From positions 2,670,001-2,702,000 of the forward strand of contig NC_016803.1 of assembly GCF_000189295.2 (NCBI RefSeq): 32,000 nt of DNA. Direction: 5' to 3'. Under the pieces are notes generated by a model, which was not told where the DNA came from, searched no databases, and was given only the letters and a program-made list of their open reading frames with translations. Shown piece after piece: positions 7,844 to 14,777 of this stretch. The first letter of the stretch is position 1. Each line of letters begins with the position of its first letter. The stretch comes from Pseudodesulfovibrio mercurii (GTDB lineage Bacteria > Desulfobacterota > Desulfovibrionia > Desulfovibrionales > Desulfovibrionaceae). The position numbers were made by a program, and so were the translations under genes.

Positions 7844-10753
7844 ATGACTTTCGGCTTCACCAAGATACGGGAAATGGAAATCGCGGAGCTGGCCACCACG
7901 GCCGTGGTCTACCGCCACGACAAGACCGGGGCGCGCCTGCTGTCCATGATCAACGACGACGAGAACAAGGTCTTCGGCATCTCGTTCCGCACCCCGCCCG
8001 AGGACTCCACGGGCGTGGCCCACATCCTGGAGCACTCGGTGCTCTGCGGCTCGGACAAGTACCCGGTCAAGGAGCCGTTCGTGGAGCTGCTCAAGGGGTC
8101 GCTGCAGACCTTCCTCAACGCCCTGACCTTCCCGGACAAGACCTGCTATCCCGTGGCCTCGGCCAATGTGCAGGACTTCTACAACCTCATCGACGTCTAC
8201 CTGGACGCGGTTTTTTATCCCCGGCTGACCGAGAACACCCTTAAGCAGGAGGGCTGGCACTACGAGCTGGAGTCCCCGGACCACGACATGACCTTCAAGG
8301 GCGTGGTCTTCAACGAGATGAAGGGCGCGTACTCCTCGCCCGACTCCCTGCTCTACGAGCACGCCCAGCACTCCCTGTTCCCGGAGACCACCTACGGCCT
8401 GGATTCGGGCGGCGACCCGGCGGTCATCCCGGACCTGACCTTCGACCGGTTCATGGCCTTCCACCGCGACCACTACCACCCGTCCAACGGCTACGCCTTC
8501 TTCTACGGCGACGACGACCCGGAAAAGCGCTTGGAGATCCTGGACAAGGTCTTCTCGCAATACGAGGCCATCGATGTGGCCCGGACCCGCGTGCCGCTCC
8601 AGCCGCGCTTCGCCGAGGCCCGGACCGTGCGCAAGGGCTACCCGGCCTCCGACCGGCTGGCCAAGGGCATGTTCACGGTCAACTGGCTGCTGGCCGAGAC
8701 CGCCGACGCCAACCTGAACCTGGCCCTGCACATCCTGGAACACATCCTCATCGGCCTGCCCAGCTCGCCGCTGAAGAAGGCGTTGACCGACTCCGGCCTG
8801 GGCGACGACCTGGCGGGCGTGGGCCTCGAAGCCGACATGCGCCAGATGTTCTTCTCCGTGGGCCTCAAGGGCATGCACCCGTCCAACGCCATCAAGGTGG
8901 AGTCGATCATCTTCCACACCATCAAGGACCTGGTGGAGAACGGCATCGACGCCCGCGACATCGAGGCCGCGGTCAACTCCGTGGAGTTCTCCCTGCGCGA
9001 GAACAACACCGGCTCCTACCCGCGCGGCCTGTCGCTCATGTTCCAGGCCCTGTCCACCTGGCTCTACGACGACGAGGACGCGGAGGGCGATCCCCTGGCC
9101 CTGCTGCCCTTCGAGCAGCCGCTGGCCAACATCAAGGGGTGGATCGAAAACGGGGACAAGATCTTCGAGGAGCTGCTGGCCCGGCTCTTCCTGCACAACC
9201 CGCACCGGACCACCGTGCTCCTGGAGCCGGACCACAAGCTGGCCCGGACTCAGGCCAAGGCCGAGTCCGACCGGCTCAAGGCGGCCAAGGAGGGGATGAC
9301 CCCGGCCGAAATCCAGGCGGTCATCGACGACGCGGCCGAGCTCAAGCGCCTCCAGGCCGCGCCCGACGCGCCCGAGGCCCTCAAGACCATCCCGCGCCTG
9401 TCCGTGGCCGACCTGCCCGCCGAGAACCGGCCCATTCCCACGGAACTGCGCACCCTGTCCGGTCGGGAACTGCTCTTCCACGACCTGCCCACCAACGGCA
9501 TCGCCTACCTGGACTTCGGCTTCGACCTGTCGGTCATCCCGGACGAGCTGCTGCCCTACGCCGGGGTCTTCGGCCGCGCCCTGACCGAGTCCGGCACCAC
9601 CAAGCGCGACTACATCGACCTGTCCCAGCGCATCGCCCGGACCTCGGGCGGCATGTGGGCCCAGCCCTTCGCCTCGCCCGTGCGCGACTCCCAGGACGCC
9701 GCGGCCCGGCTCTTCCTGCGCACCAAGGCCACGGGCGACAAGGTCGCGCCCACCCTGGAGATCGTCACCGAAATCCTGACCTCGGCCAAGCTCGACAACA
9801 AGGAGCGCATCGGCCGCATCGTGGCCGAGGCCCGTGCCCGCGCCGAACAGCGCCTCGTGCCCTCGGGCCACATGATCGTGGCCACCCGGCTGCGCGCCCG
9901 GACCCACCGGGCCCACGCCATGGACGAGGCCATGACCGGCCTGACCAACCTGCTCTTCCTGCGCGACCTGGAAAAGCGCGTCGAAGAGGACTTCCGCAAG
10001 GTCGCCAAGGACCTGGAACAGTTCCGCAAACTCCTGCTCAACCGGTCCACCCTGGTCCTCAACGCCACCATGGACGCCGACCTCTTCGCCCGGACCGAAC
10101 CCGCAATGGCCTCGGTCATCGACGCCCTGCCCACGGGCGACCCGGCCCCGGCCGCGCGCGTCCTGCCGGACCTGCCCGACCGCGAAGGCCTCGCCATCCC
10201 GGCCCAGGTCAACTACGTGGGCAAGGGGTGCGGCCTGGCCGAACACGGCATCACCCTGACCGGCGCGGCCCAGGTGGTCAACAAGCTCATCCGCACCGGC
10301 TATCTCTGGGAAAAGGTCCGCGTCCAGGGCGGAGCCTACGGCGCGTTCTGCATCCTCGACCGGCTGGCCGGGGCCATCTCCTTCGTCTCCTACCGCGACC
10401 CCAACGTGGCCGAGACCATCCGGGCCTTCGACGACCTCGCCGCCTACCTCGACACCGTGCACATCGACGCCGACGAGCTGGAAAAGTCCATCATCGGGGC
10501 CATCGGCGAGATCGACGCCTACCAGCTGCCCGACGCCAAGGGGTTCACCGCCCTGGCCCGGCACCTGACCAACCAGGACGAGGCCTACCTGCAAACCGTG
10601 CGCGAACAGGCCCTGGGCGCCTCGGAATCGGACTTCCGCGCCATGGCCGAAGCCGTGCGCACCAATGCCCGAAACGGCCACATCTGCGTCCTCGGCGATA
10701 CCCTCGCCATGGAAAACAGCGGCCTCGATCTGGCGATCAAACAGGTTTTGTAA
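7844..10753 (+). CDS. Insulinase-family zinc metallopeptidase, M16C (PreP-like), 969 aa
   Basis: Track ORF 6287..10753 trimmed to the ATG at 7844 (MTFGFTKIREM...), preceded by AAGAAAGAGAG. The inverted zinc motif HILEH (HxxEH) is in GVAHILEHSVLCGSDKYP. Length and architecture are typical of M16C. The discarded 5' part is antisense to two real genes. Confidence 0.9.
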   Translation: MTFGFTKIREMEIAELATTAVVYRHDKTGARLLSMINDDENKVFGISFRTPPEDSTGVAHILEHSVLCGSDKYPVKEPFVELLKGSLQTFLNALTFPDKTCYPVASANVQDFYNLIDVYLDAVFYPRLTENTLKQEGWHYELESPDHDMTFKGVVFNEMKGAYSSPDSLLYEHAQHSLFPETTYGLDSGGDPAVIPDLTFDRFMAFHRDHYHPSNGYAFFYGDDDPEKRLEILDKVFSQYEAIDVARTRVPLQPRFAEARTVRKGYPASDRLAKGMFTVNWLLAETADANLNLALHILEHILIGLPSSPLKKALTDSGLGDDLAGVGLEADMRQMFFSVGLKGMHPSNAIKVESIIFHTIKDLVENGIDARDIEAAVNSVEFSLRENNTGSYPRGLSLMFQALSTWLYDDEDAEGDPLALLPFEQPLANIKGWIENGDKIFEELLARLFLHNPHRTTVLLEPDHKLARTQAKAESDRLKAAKEGMTPAEIQAVIDDAAELKRLQAAPDAPEALKTIPRLSVADLPAENRPIPTELRTLSGRELLFHDLPTNGIAYLDFGFDLSVIPDELLPYAGVFGRALTESGTTKRDYIDLSQRIARTSGGMWAQPFASPVRDSQDAAARLFLRTKATGDKVAPTLEIVTEILTSAKLDNKERIGRIVAEARARAEQRLVPSGHMIVATRLRARTHRAHAMDEAMTGLTNLLFLRDLEKRVEEDFRKVAKDLEQFRKLLLNRSTLVLNATMDADLFARTEPAMASVIDALPTGDPAPAARVLPDLPDREGLAIPAQVNYVGKGCGLAEHGITLTGAAQVVNKLIRTGYLWEKVRVQGGAYGAFCILDRLAGAISFVSYRDPNVAETIRAFDDLAAYLDTVHIDADELEKSIIGAIGEIDAYQLPDAKGFTALARHLTNQDEAYLQTVREQALGASESDFRAMAEAVRTNARNGHICVLGDTLAMENSGLDLAIKQVL

Positions 10754-10760
10754 GAAGAGT

Positions 10761-10885
10761 GCCTCCGGCGGCCGGGGGAAGGGGGAGAAAAACCCTTTGA
10801 AAAGGGTTCTTTCTCCCCCTTCCCCCGGACCCCCATCCCCCTCTTTTCCCAAACTTTTTATTGCCGCTTCGCGGGGCGGGCAGTC
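10761..10885 (-). repeat. Dispersed intergenic hairpin element, copy B (long subfamily, inverted orientation), abutting the 3' end of the M16C gene
   Basis: The plus strand starts with GCCTCCGGCGGCC, the reverse complement of the tail. A roughly 24-bp stem joins GGGGGAAGGGGGAGAAAAACCCTT (10774-10797) and AAGGGTTCTTTCTCCCCCTTCCCCC (10802-10826) with a one-base bulge. It then continues ...CCCAAACTTTTTATTGCCGCTTCGCGGGG, the reverse complement of the head. Confidence 0.7.
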
Positions 10886-10975
10886 TCGAATCATCTCCTT
10901 TTTCCCTCGGTTCGAAAACGCCGCTGTGGCGTTTGGGCGGGTTTCGCCCGACCTTGCCTGCGGCGTTGGGCAACC

Positions 10976-11042
10976 GTCCCGAAGGGTTCGCGCCGGGCGG
11001 CCCTCCGGGGCCCGTGGCCGCCCGGTGCGAACCCTTCGGGAC
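10976..11042. repeat. Long near-perfect inverted repeat (27-bp arms, 13-nt loop) in the convergent intergenic region
   Basis: The arms are GTCCCGAAGGGTTCGCGCCGGGCGGCC (10976-11002) and GGCCGCCCGGTGCGAACCCTTCGGGAC (11016-11042). Pairing is 26/27 Watson-Crick; the one exception is a G-T, which would be a G-U wobble in plus-strand RNA. Confidence 0.8.
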
Positions 11043-11099
11043 ACCGCCCTGCCGCGCACAGCCAAGCCCTCCGTCAACAATCTCCGCCCTTTCGCCTCC

Positions 11100-11245
11100 T
11101 CCCCACCCGCACGACATCCCGCATTCGCACGCCCATGCCGAAGGCACCCAAAAAGTTTTGGAGAGTCCAGAGGACCTTTTTCAAAAGGTTCTCTGGCGGG
11201 GTCTGGGGCAGCGCCCCAGCGGGGGCCGGGGCGGAGCCCCGTCTT
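11100..11245 (+). repeat. Dispersed intergenic hairpin element, copy C (short subfamily), abutting the 3' end of the GT2 gene
   Basis: The head is TGCCGAAGGCACCCAAAAAGTTTTGG (11136-). A 14-bp stem joins CCAGAGGACCTTTT (11167-11180) and AAAAGGTTCTCTGG (11183-11196). This is followed by GGGGTCTGGGGCAGCGCCCC. The tail is diverged. Relative to copy A, the stem carries compensatory changes (CCCTTT/AAAGGG versus CCTTTT/AAAAGG). Confidence 0.7.
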
Positions 11246-11248
11246 CCC

Positions 11249-12487
11249 TTATTCCGCCGTCCCGTCCAGAAATGCCGTCAGGGCTCGGCGCACGGCGGGG
11301 TGCGCGTCCCGGCTCAGGGCGCGGGCCTTGCGGGCCAGGGCGGCGGGGTCGGCCATGCGGCGGCGGGCGTGTTCCAGGAGCCGGGCGTAGTGGTCGGCGA
11401 GGGGGAGGGTGTTGGTTCGGCGCAGGATGCGTTCGCAGTCGCGGAAGGCGTCGAGGCCGGGGCAGAGCAGGGAGCGGAGGTAGGCCACGGACGCGGCTTC
11501 CTGCGTGCGGTTCTGGTTTTCGAGGAGCCGGACCAGGGCGTGGTAGCCGGTGTCCCAGAGGGGTTCGGCCTCGATGAGGTCGCGCAGGGCGGGCTCGTCG
11601 GCGTCGCGGTGGCGGGCGTCGAGTTCGGCGGTGCGGGGTCGGGGGAGGCGGACCATGAGGTCGAGCCAGGGGGTGAAGCCGGGTTCGAAGCCGTCGGCCA
11701 GGACGAGGTCGGGAAGGTCTTCGGCGGCGTCGCGGCAGCGGGTGCGCAGGAGGGAGAGGTTGGCGGACTCGTGGTCGAAGCGGCCCTGGGTGCCGTGGGT
11801 GTGGTGGCGGACCACGCTTTCGGGGATGACGGAGAAGTGGCCGCCGCGCCGGGCGATGCGCAGGCACAGGTCCACGTCCTCCATGCCGTTGACGAAGCCC
11901 TCGAAGAAGCCGCCGTGGGCGTGGAAGAGCGGAGCGGGCAGGAGCAGGGCGGCGGCGGTGACGACGTTGAGCCTGCGGCGTCTGGCCACGGCCGGGTGGG
12001 TGCGCGGGAAGTATTCGTAGAGGTGGCGGAAATCCATGTCTCCGGCGCAGGCGATGCCCAGGTGCTGGACGCGGTCGGCGCGCACGGTGCGGTCGTCCGG
12101 GAAGAGGAGCAGGGGGGTGACGCCCGCCAGGCGCGGGTCGGCGCGCAGGGCGTCGAGGAGCGGCGGCAGCCAGTTTTCGGTCACGGTGGTGTCGTTGTTC
12201 AGGAAGAGGAGGTGCGCGGCCGAGGAGGCGTGCGCGCCCGCGTTGCACCCCTTGGCGAAGCCGAGGTTTTCGGGCAGGCGGTGGTGGACGAACCGGCCGG
12301 GGAACAGGGCTTGGCCCAGGGCCGGGGCTGCGGTGGGGGTCTGGTCCGTGGAGCCGTTGTCGGCCAGGACCACCTGGAAGCGATCGCCGGGGGTGTGTGC
12401 GGCCAGGGAGCGCAGGCAGGCTTCGGTCAGGTTCCAGCCGTTCCAGACCGGGATGACGATGGACAGGTTGAAGCGGGACCCGGCCAT
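11249..12487 (-). CDS. Family 2 glycosyltransferase with a roughly 150-aa C-terminal extension of unknown function, 412 aa
   Basis: Track ORF 11249..13180 trimmed to the ATG at 12485-12487 (MAGSRFNLSIVIPVWNG...), 5 nt after the upstream gene stop. GT-A hallmarks are SIVIPVWN, VLADNGSTD and FLNNDT (DxD-like). The C-terminal third (about LSLLRTRC... to the end) has no motif I recognise. Confidence 0.8.
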   Translation of the reverse strand: MAGSRFNLSIVIPVWNGWNLTEACLRSLAAHTPGDRFQVVLADNGSTDQTPTAAPALGQALFPGRFVHHRLPENLGFAKGCNAGAHASSAAHLLFLNNDTTVTENWLPPLLDALRADPRLAGVTPLLLFPDDRTVRADRVQHLGIACAGDMDFRHLYEYFPRTHPAVARRRRLNVVTAAALLLPAPLFHAHGGFFEGFVNGMEDVDLCLRIARRGGHFSVIPESVVRHHTHGTQGRFDHESANLSLLRTRCRDAAEDLPDLVLADGFEPGFTPWLDLMVRLPRPRTAELDARHRDADEPALRDLIEAEPLWDTGYHALVRLLENQNRTQEAASVAYLRSLLCPGLDAFRDCERILRRTNTLPLADHYARLLEHARRRMADPAALARKARALSRDAHPAVRRALTAFLDGTAE

Positions 12488-12492
12488 GTCGC

Positions 12493-13209
12493 CTAGCCCA
12501 TTTCGGGTTCGCGTTTCCAGGCGAAGAGCGGGGTCAGCGGCTTCATGTTGGCGAAGTCCACGCGCACGGCCACGAACGCGCCCAGGGCCGGGGGCAGGAG
12601 GTGGGCGTTGAGCTGGTTGGCCAGGCCGGTGGGCTTCCAGGTCTTCATGGGTCCGGCCAGGACCGAGCGGGCCAGGGTGGGCGCGAAGCCCGTGGCCTTG
12701 CGGACGAGGTCCTGCATCTCGCACCAGGTGAACCAGTGCGCCCCGGCCATGGAGGAGTCCGTGCCGCGTATATTCATGTAATAGTAGAGGGAGTTCTTGT
12801 TCAGGAAGCCGACGAGCAGCCCCTTTTCGGCCACGCGCGCGGCCTCGGCCAGCATGGCCTCGGGGTTGTCGGCGAACTCGAGCACGGACCAGAGCAGGGC
12901 GTAGTCGAACTCGTTGTCCGAGAAGGGCATGTTCTCGCCGTGGCCCAGGTGCAGCTGGGCCCGGTTGCCGAACCGCTTGCGCGCGGCGGCGATCATCTCG
13001 GGCGAGCGGTCCATGCCGGTGACGTCCAACCCCATCTGGTAGAGGGTCTCCAGAAACAGGCCGGTGCCGCAGCCGATTTCGAGGATCTTGCGCTTGCGCC
13101 GGGGCCAGCCCGCCAGGACCTCCTGGAGCAGGAGCACCTCCCTGTCCAGGGCGTAGCGCCCTTCGGGGGTGTCGAACCATGCTTCGTATATATCCGGGTC
13201 CCAGCTCAT
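12493..13209 (-). CDS. Class I SAM-dependent methyltransferase (Methyltransf_11-like), 238 aa
   Basis: Motif I is ILEIGCGTGLF, followed by DVTGMDRSPEMI and FDYALLWSVLEF. GAGGA lies 7 nt upstream of the ATG at 13207-13209. Confidence 0.8.
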   Translation of the reverse strand: MSWDPDIYEAWFDTPEGRYALDREVLLLQEVLAGWPRRKRKILEIGCGTGLFLETLYQMGLDVTGMDRSPEMIAAARKRFGNRAQLHLGHGENMPFSDNEFDYALLWSVLEFADNPEAMLAEAARVAEKGLLVGFLNKNSLYYYMNIRGTDSSMAGAHWFTWCEMQDLVRKATGFAPTLARSVLAGPMKTWKPTGLANQLNAHLLPPALGAFVAVRVDFANMKPLTPLFAWKREPEMG

Positions 13210-13245
13210 GTCGGTGTCCTCGTCTCGGTTGCGTCTCCTCCAGAA

Positions 13246-13274
13246 AGTATGACCATCATGGCCCCCTCTGTAAA
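13246..13274 (-). promoter_or_regulatory. Candidate sigma-70 promoter for the methyltransferase-GT2 pair
   Basis: Minus strand reads TTTACA (13274-13269), a 17-nt spacer, then CATACT (13251-13246), about 37 nt upstream of the ATG. This is a sequence match only. Confidence 0.3.
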
Positions 13275-13327
13275 TAGGGGGTCGGGAAAAGTTGGACGGA
13301 ACCGGACGCGGAGGCCGGGACAGGCGG

Positions 13328-13600
13328 TTATGCGGGGTGCTTTTTCAGGGCCTGCATGAACCGGCCGAAGTGGGGGGCCAGGTCGTCGAAGGGCGGCGTC
13401 TCGCGCATGCGCAGCAGGGCTTCGCCGAAGAGCTTGAGACCGAGGCCGAGGGCGCGGGCCCGGTCCGGGGGCAGGCCGGTGCGCGCTTCGATCCTGCCCA
13501 TGACGACCGCAAGGTCGTCATGGCAGGCGGTTTCGAAGGCCAGTGGCGGGGCCTCGTCGGACAGGGGTTCCACGGTGATGCGGTAGCGGTGTTCGGGCAT
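13328..13600 (-). CDS. DUF3861-like small protein, 90 aa
   Basis: Full ORF (MPEHRYRITVEPL...). Its ATG lies 3 nt after the MarR stop, with GGAGGA upstream inside the MarR tail. The HRYRITVE start, a conserved HDD, and the GLKLFGEALL segment match my memory of DUF3861. No HMM search was run. Confidence 0.65.
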   Translation of the reverse strand: MPEHRYRITVEPLSDEAPPLAFETACHDDLAVVMGRIEARTGLPPDRARALGLGLKLFGEALLRMRETPPFDDLAPHFGRFMQALKKHPA

Positions 13601-13603
13601 GGG

Positions 13604-14164
13604 CTACCGTCCTCCCCGGCCACGTCCGAAGCCGTTGCCCCGGCCTCGGCCCTTACCGAATCCCTTGCCGGGTCCGCCGGGACCGCCGCGTCCGCCCCGG
13701 CCCGGTCCGAAGCCGCGTCCGTTGCCGGGCCCACAGGCGGCGGGGTCCTCGCGCAGGGAGTTGACGAGCTTGCCCAGGATGGTGCGCAGCTGGTCGCGCT
13801 CGGCCTGGTCCAGGCAGTCGAACTGGTTGTCCGCGTCCGTTCCGTTGCCGTCCGTGTCCAGGGCGCGGGCCTGGTCCGTGGGGGAGATGATGAAGCTGCG
13901 CCGGTCCTCCTCGTTGCGCTCCCGGAGGATGAGCCCCCGGTCCTCGAGCTTGCGCAGCAGCTCGCTCAGGGACGAGGAACGCACGTCGAGGATTTCGAGC
14001 AGCTCGCCCTGGGGCATGGGGCCGTTTTCGAGGAGGATGGACAGGACCTGGTGCTGGGCGTGGTGCGCGAGGTCGCGGCGGTGCCCGGCGCGGGCCATGA
14101 GCCGGGAGGCCAGGCGGAAGAGCCCGGCCAGCTCGGCGTTGGTTGCGGGTTGGGCCGGACTCAT
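13604..14164 (-). CDS. MarR-family winged-helix transcriptional regulator with a roughly 44-aa C-terminal Gly/Arg/Phe (RGG-type) tail, 186 aa
   Basis: Track ORF 13604..14350 trimmed to the ATG at 14162-14164 (MSPAQPATN...), which overlaps the upstream stop (ATGA). The wHTH core is QHQVLSILLENGPMPQGELLEILDVRSSSLSELLRKLEDRGLILRERNEEDRRSFIISPT. The tail is ACGPGNGRGFGPGRGGRGGPGGPGKGFGKGRGRGNGFGRGRGGR (23 Gly in 44 residues by my count). Confidence 0.8.
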   Translation of the reverse strand: MSPAQPATNAELAGLFRLASRLMARAGHRRDLAHHAQHQVLSILLENGPMPQGELLEILDVRSSSLSELLRKLEDRGLILRERNEEDRRSFIISPTDQARALDTDGNGTDADNQFDCLDQAERDQLRTILGKLVNSLREDPAACGPGNGRGFGPGRGGRGGPGGPGKGFGKGRGRGNGFGRGRGGR

Positions 14165-14664
14165 GCCAGGCCCATCCTGGCGGCGTAGGCCCGGCCCCTG
14201 GGGCAGGCGGGGGCGCTCAGGGGGCAGTGCTGCTCGCACAGCGGGCAGACCCCGGCGTCCGGTCCGAAGTTGTCGGCGGGCGCACCGCTCACGGCCGCCT
14301 GGAACGCGCCGCCCCGGCCCGGCCGGAACCGGTTCAGCCCCAGGCCGCACGGCCCGCGCCCCAGCCGTTCACCGGCCGGGACCTGGTCGGCGAACCGGCC
14401 CTGCCCGAAACCCTGACCCTGGCCGAAACCTCGACCAGAGCCCTGTCCGGCAGCGTTGCCGAAGCCATAGCCCTGACCCTGGCCGCCGCCGAACCCATTG
14501 CCCTGGCCGCGTCCCTTGCCGGACCGTCCGCGTCCTCTGCCGGAGCCGTTGCCGAACCCCCGGCCGTTGCCGCATCCGGCCCCGGCGCACCCGCGCCGAC
14601 CCCGGCCGCCGTTGCCGCGTCCGAATCCCCAGCCGTCGTATGAATCGTTATTCCAACCAAACAT
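14161..14664 (-). CDS. Gly/Arg/Phe-rich low-complexity protein with a C-terminal four-Cys motif, 167 aa (hypothetical; N-terminal half reminiscent of DUF5320)
   Basis: Track ORF 14161..14745 trimmed to the ATG at 14662-14664 (MFGWNNDSYDGWGFGRG...), which has a strong AAGGAG 7 nt upstream. By my count 40 of the first 90 residues are Gly, in GRG/GFG/GQG repeats. The C-terminus carries CPLCEQHCPLSAPACP (C-x2-C-x3-C-x6-C). Translational coupling to MarR supports that it is coding. Confidence 0.65.
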   Translation of the reverse strand: MFGWNNDSYDGWGFGRGNGGRGRRGCAGAGCGNGRGFGNGSGRGRGRSGKGRGQGNGFGGGQGQGYGFGNAAGQGSGRGFGQGQGFGQGRFADQVPAGERLGRGPCGLGLNRFRPGRGGAFQAAVSGAPADNFGPDAGVCPLCEQHCPLSAPACPRGRAYAARMGLA

Positions 14665-14706
14665 AGTGTTACTCCTTGTGGTTGTATGCTTGCGGCACCT
14701 ATTTGC

Positions 14707-14720
14707 AAAGGTACCTTCCT
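14707..14720. promoter_or_regulatory. Operator-like site 1: 14-mer AAAGGTACCTTCCT containing the perfect palindrome AAGGTACCTT
   Basis: The palindrome is at 14708-14717. It lies 13 nt downstream of the -10 hexamer on the minus strand, around the predicted transcription start and early leader. The 14-mer is identical to site 2. Confidence 0.5.
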
Positions 14721-14730
14721 TTTCTTCCGG

Positions 14731-14758
14731 AATATACAACCGCAAACCCGGCTGTCAA
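14731..14758 (-). promoter_or_regulatory. Near-consensus sigma-70 promoter of the Gly-rich/MarR/DUF3861 operon
   Basis: Minus strand reads TTGACA (14758-14753), a 16-nt spacer, then TATATT (14736-14731). It lies about 67 nt upstream of the ATG at 14664, within the only AT-rich stretch of this intergenic region. Confidence 0.55.
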
Positions 14759-14763
14759 GATGA

Positions 14764-14777
14764 AAAGGTACCTTCCT
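14764..14777. promoter_or_regulatory. Operator-like site 2: 14-mer AAAGGTACCTTCCT containing the perfect palindrome AAGGTACCTT
   Basis: The palindrome is at 14765-14774, 6 nt upstream of the -35 hexamer. The centre-to-centre distance to site 1 is 57 bp. Confidence 0.5.

Noticed and set aside
10905-10925. tRNA-like T-loop sequence CGGTTCGAAAACGCCG
   Set aside because: The match covers only the GGTTCGAA core. No acceptor, D or anticodon arms can be folded from the flanks, and the sequence lies inside a hairpin-rich repeat region.
7694-11080. 1128-aa ORF on the minus strand, together with similar giant ORFs: 23557..27708 (-) 1383 aa, 18072..22739 (+) 1555 aa, 6287..7843 (the 5' part of the 1488-aa + ORF), 1210..2973 (+), 3990..5201 (+), 15065..16462 (+), 16446..17723 (+), 28498..29958 (+) and 11135..12496 (+)
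   Set aside because: All lie antisense to, or out of frame with, genes that carry clear family motifs. Their translations are monotonous Gly/Arg/Ala/Val/Pro/Asp-rich strings with no recognisable motifs, start contexts or operon logic. This is typical of stop-codon-poor shadow ORFs in GC-rich DNA.
12488-13180. N-terminal extension of the GT2 ORF (the track gives 11249..13180, 643 aa). Similar 5' extensions occur in track ORFs 251..1372, 6272..6961, 13604..14350, 14161..14745, 27471..28481 and 29972..31543.
   Set aside because: The extended parts overlap the well-supported upstream gene in another frame, are Arg/Pro/Gly-rich junk, and lack RBSs. Internal ATGs with SD sequences or ATGA/short-gap coupling give proteins that begin where the family homology begins.
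13262-13281. Hairpin CCCCCT/AGGGGG downstream of the DUF3861 gene as an intrinsic terminator
   Set aside because: The stem is only 6 bp with an 8-nt loop and no following U-run. It also overlaps the -35 of the candidate promoter for the next gene. It is too weak to call.
14692-14706. Sigma-54-like sequence cGGCACCTATTTGCA on the + strand in the leader of the Gly-rich gene
   Set aside because: The spacing is GG-N9-GC, one base shorter than the strictly required GG-N10-GC. It points away from any + strand gene and towards the repeat element and the 3' end of a convergent gene. I considered a Qrr-like sigma-54-dependent sRNA but could not support it.
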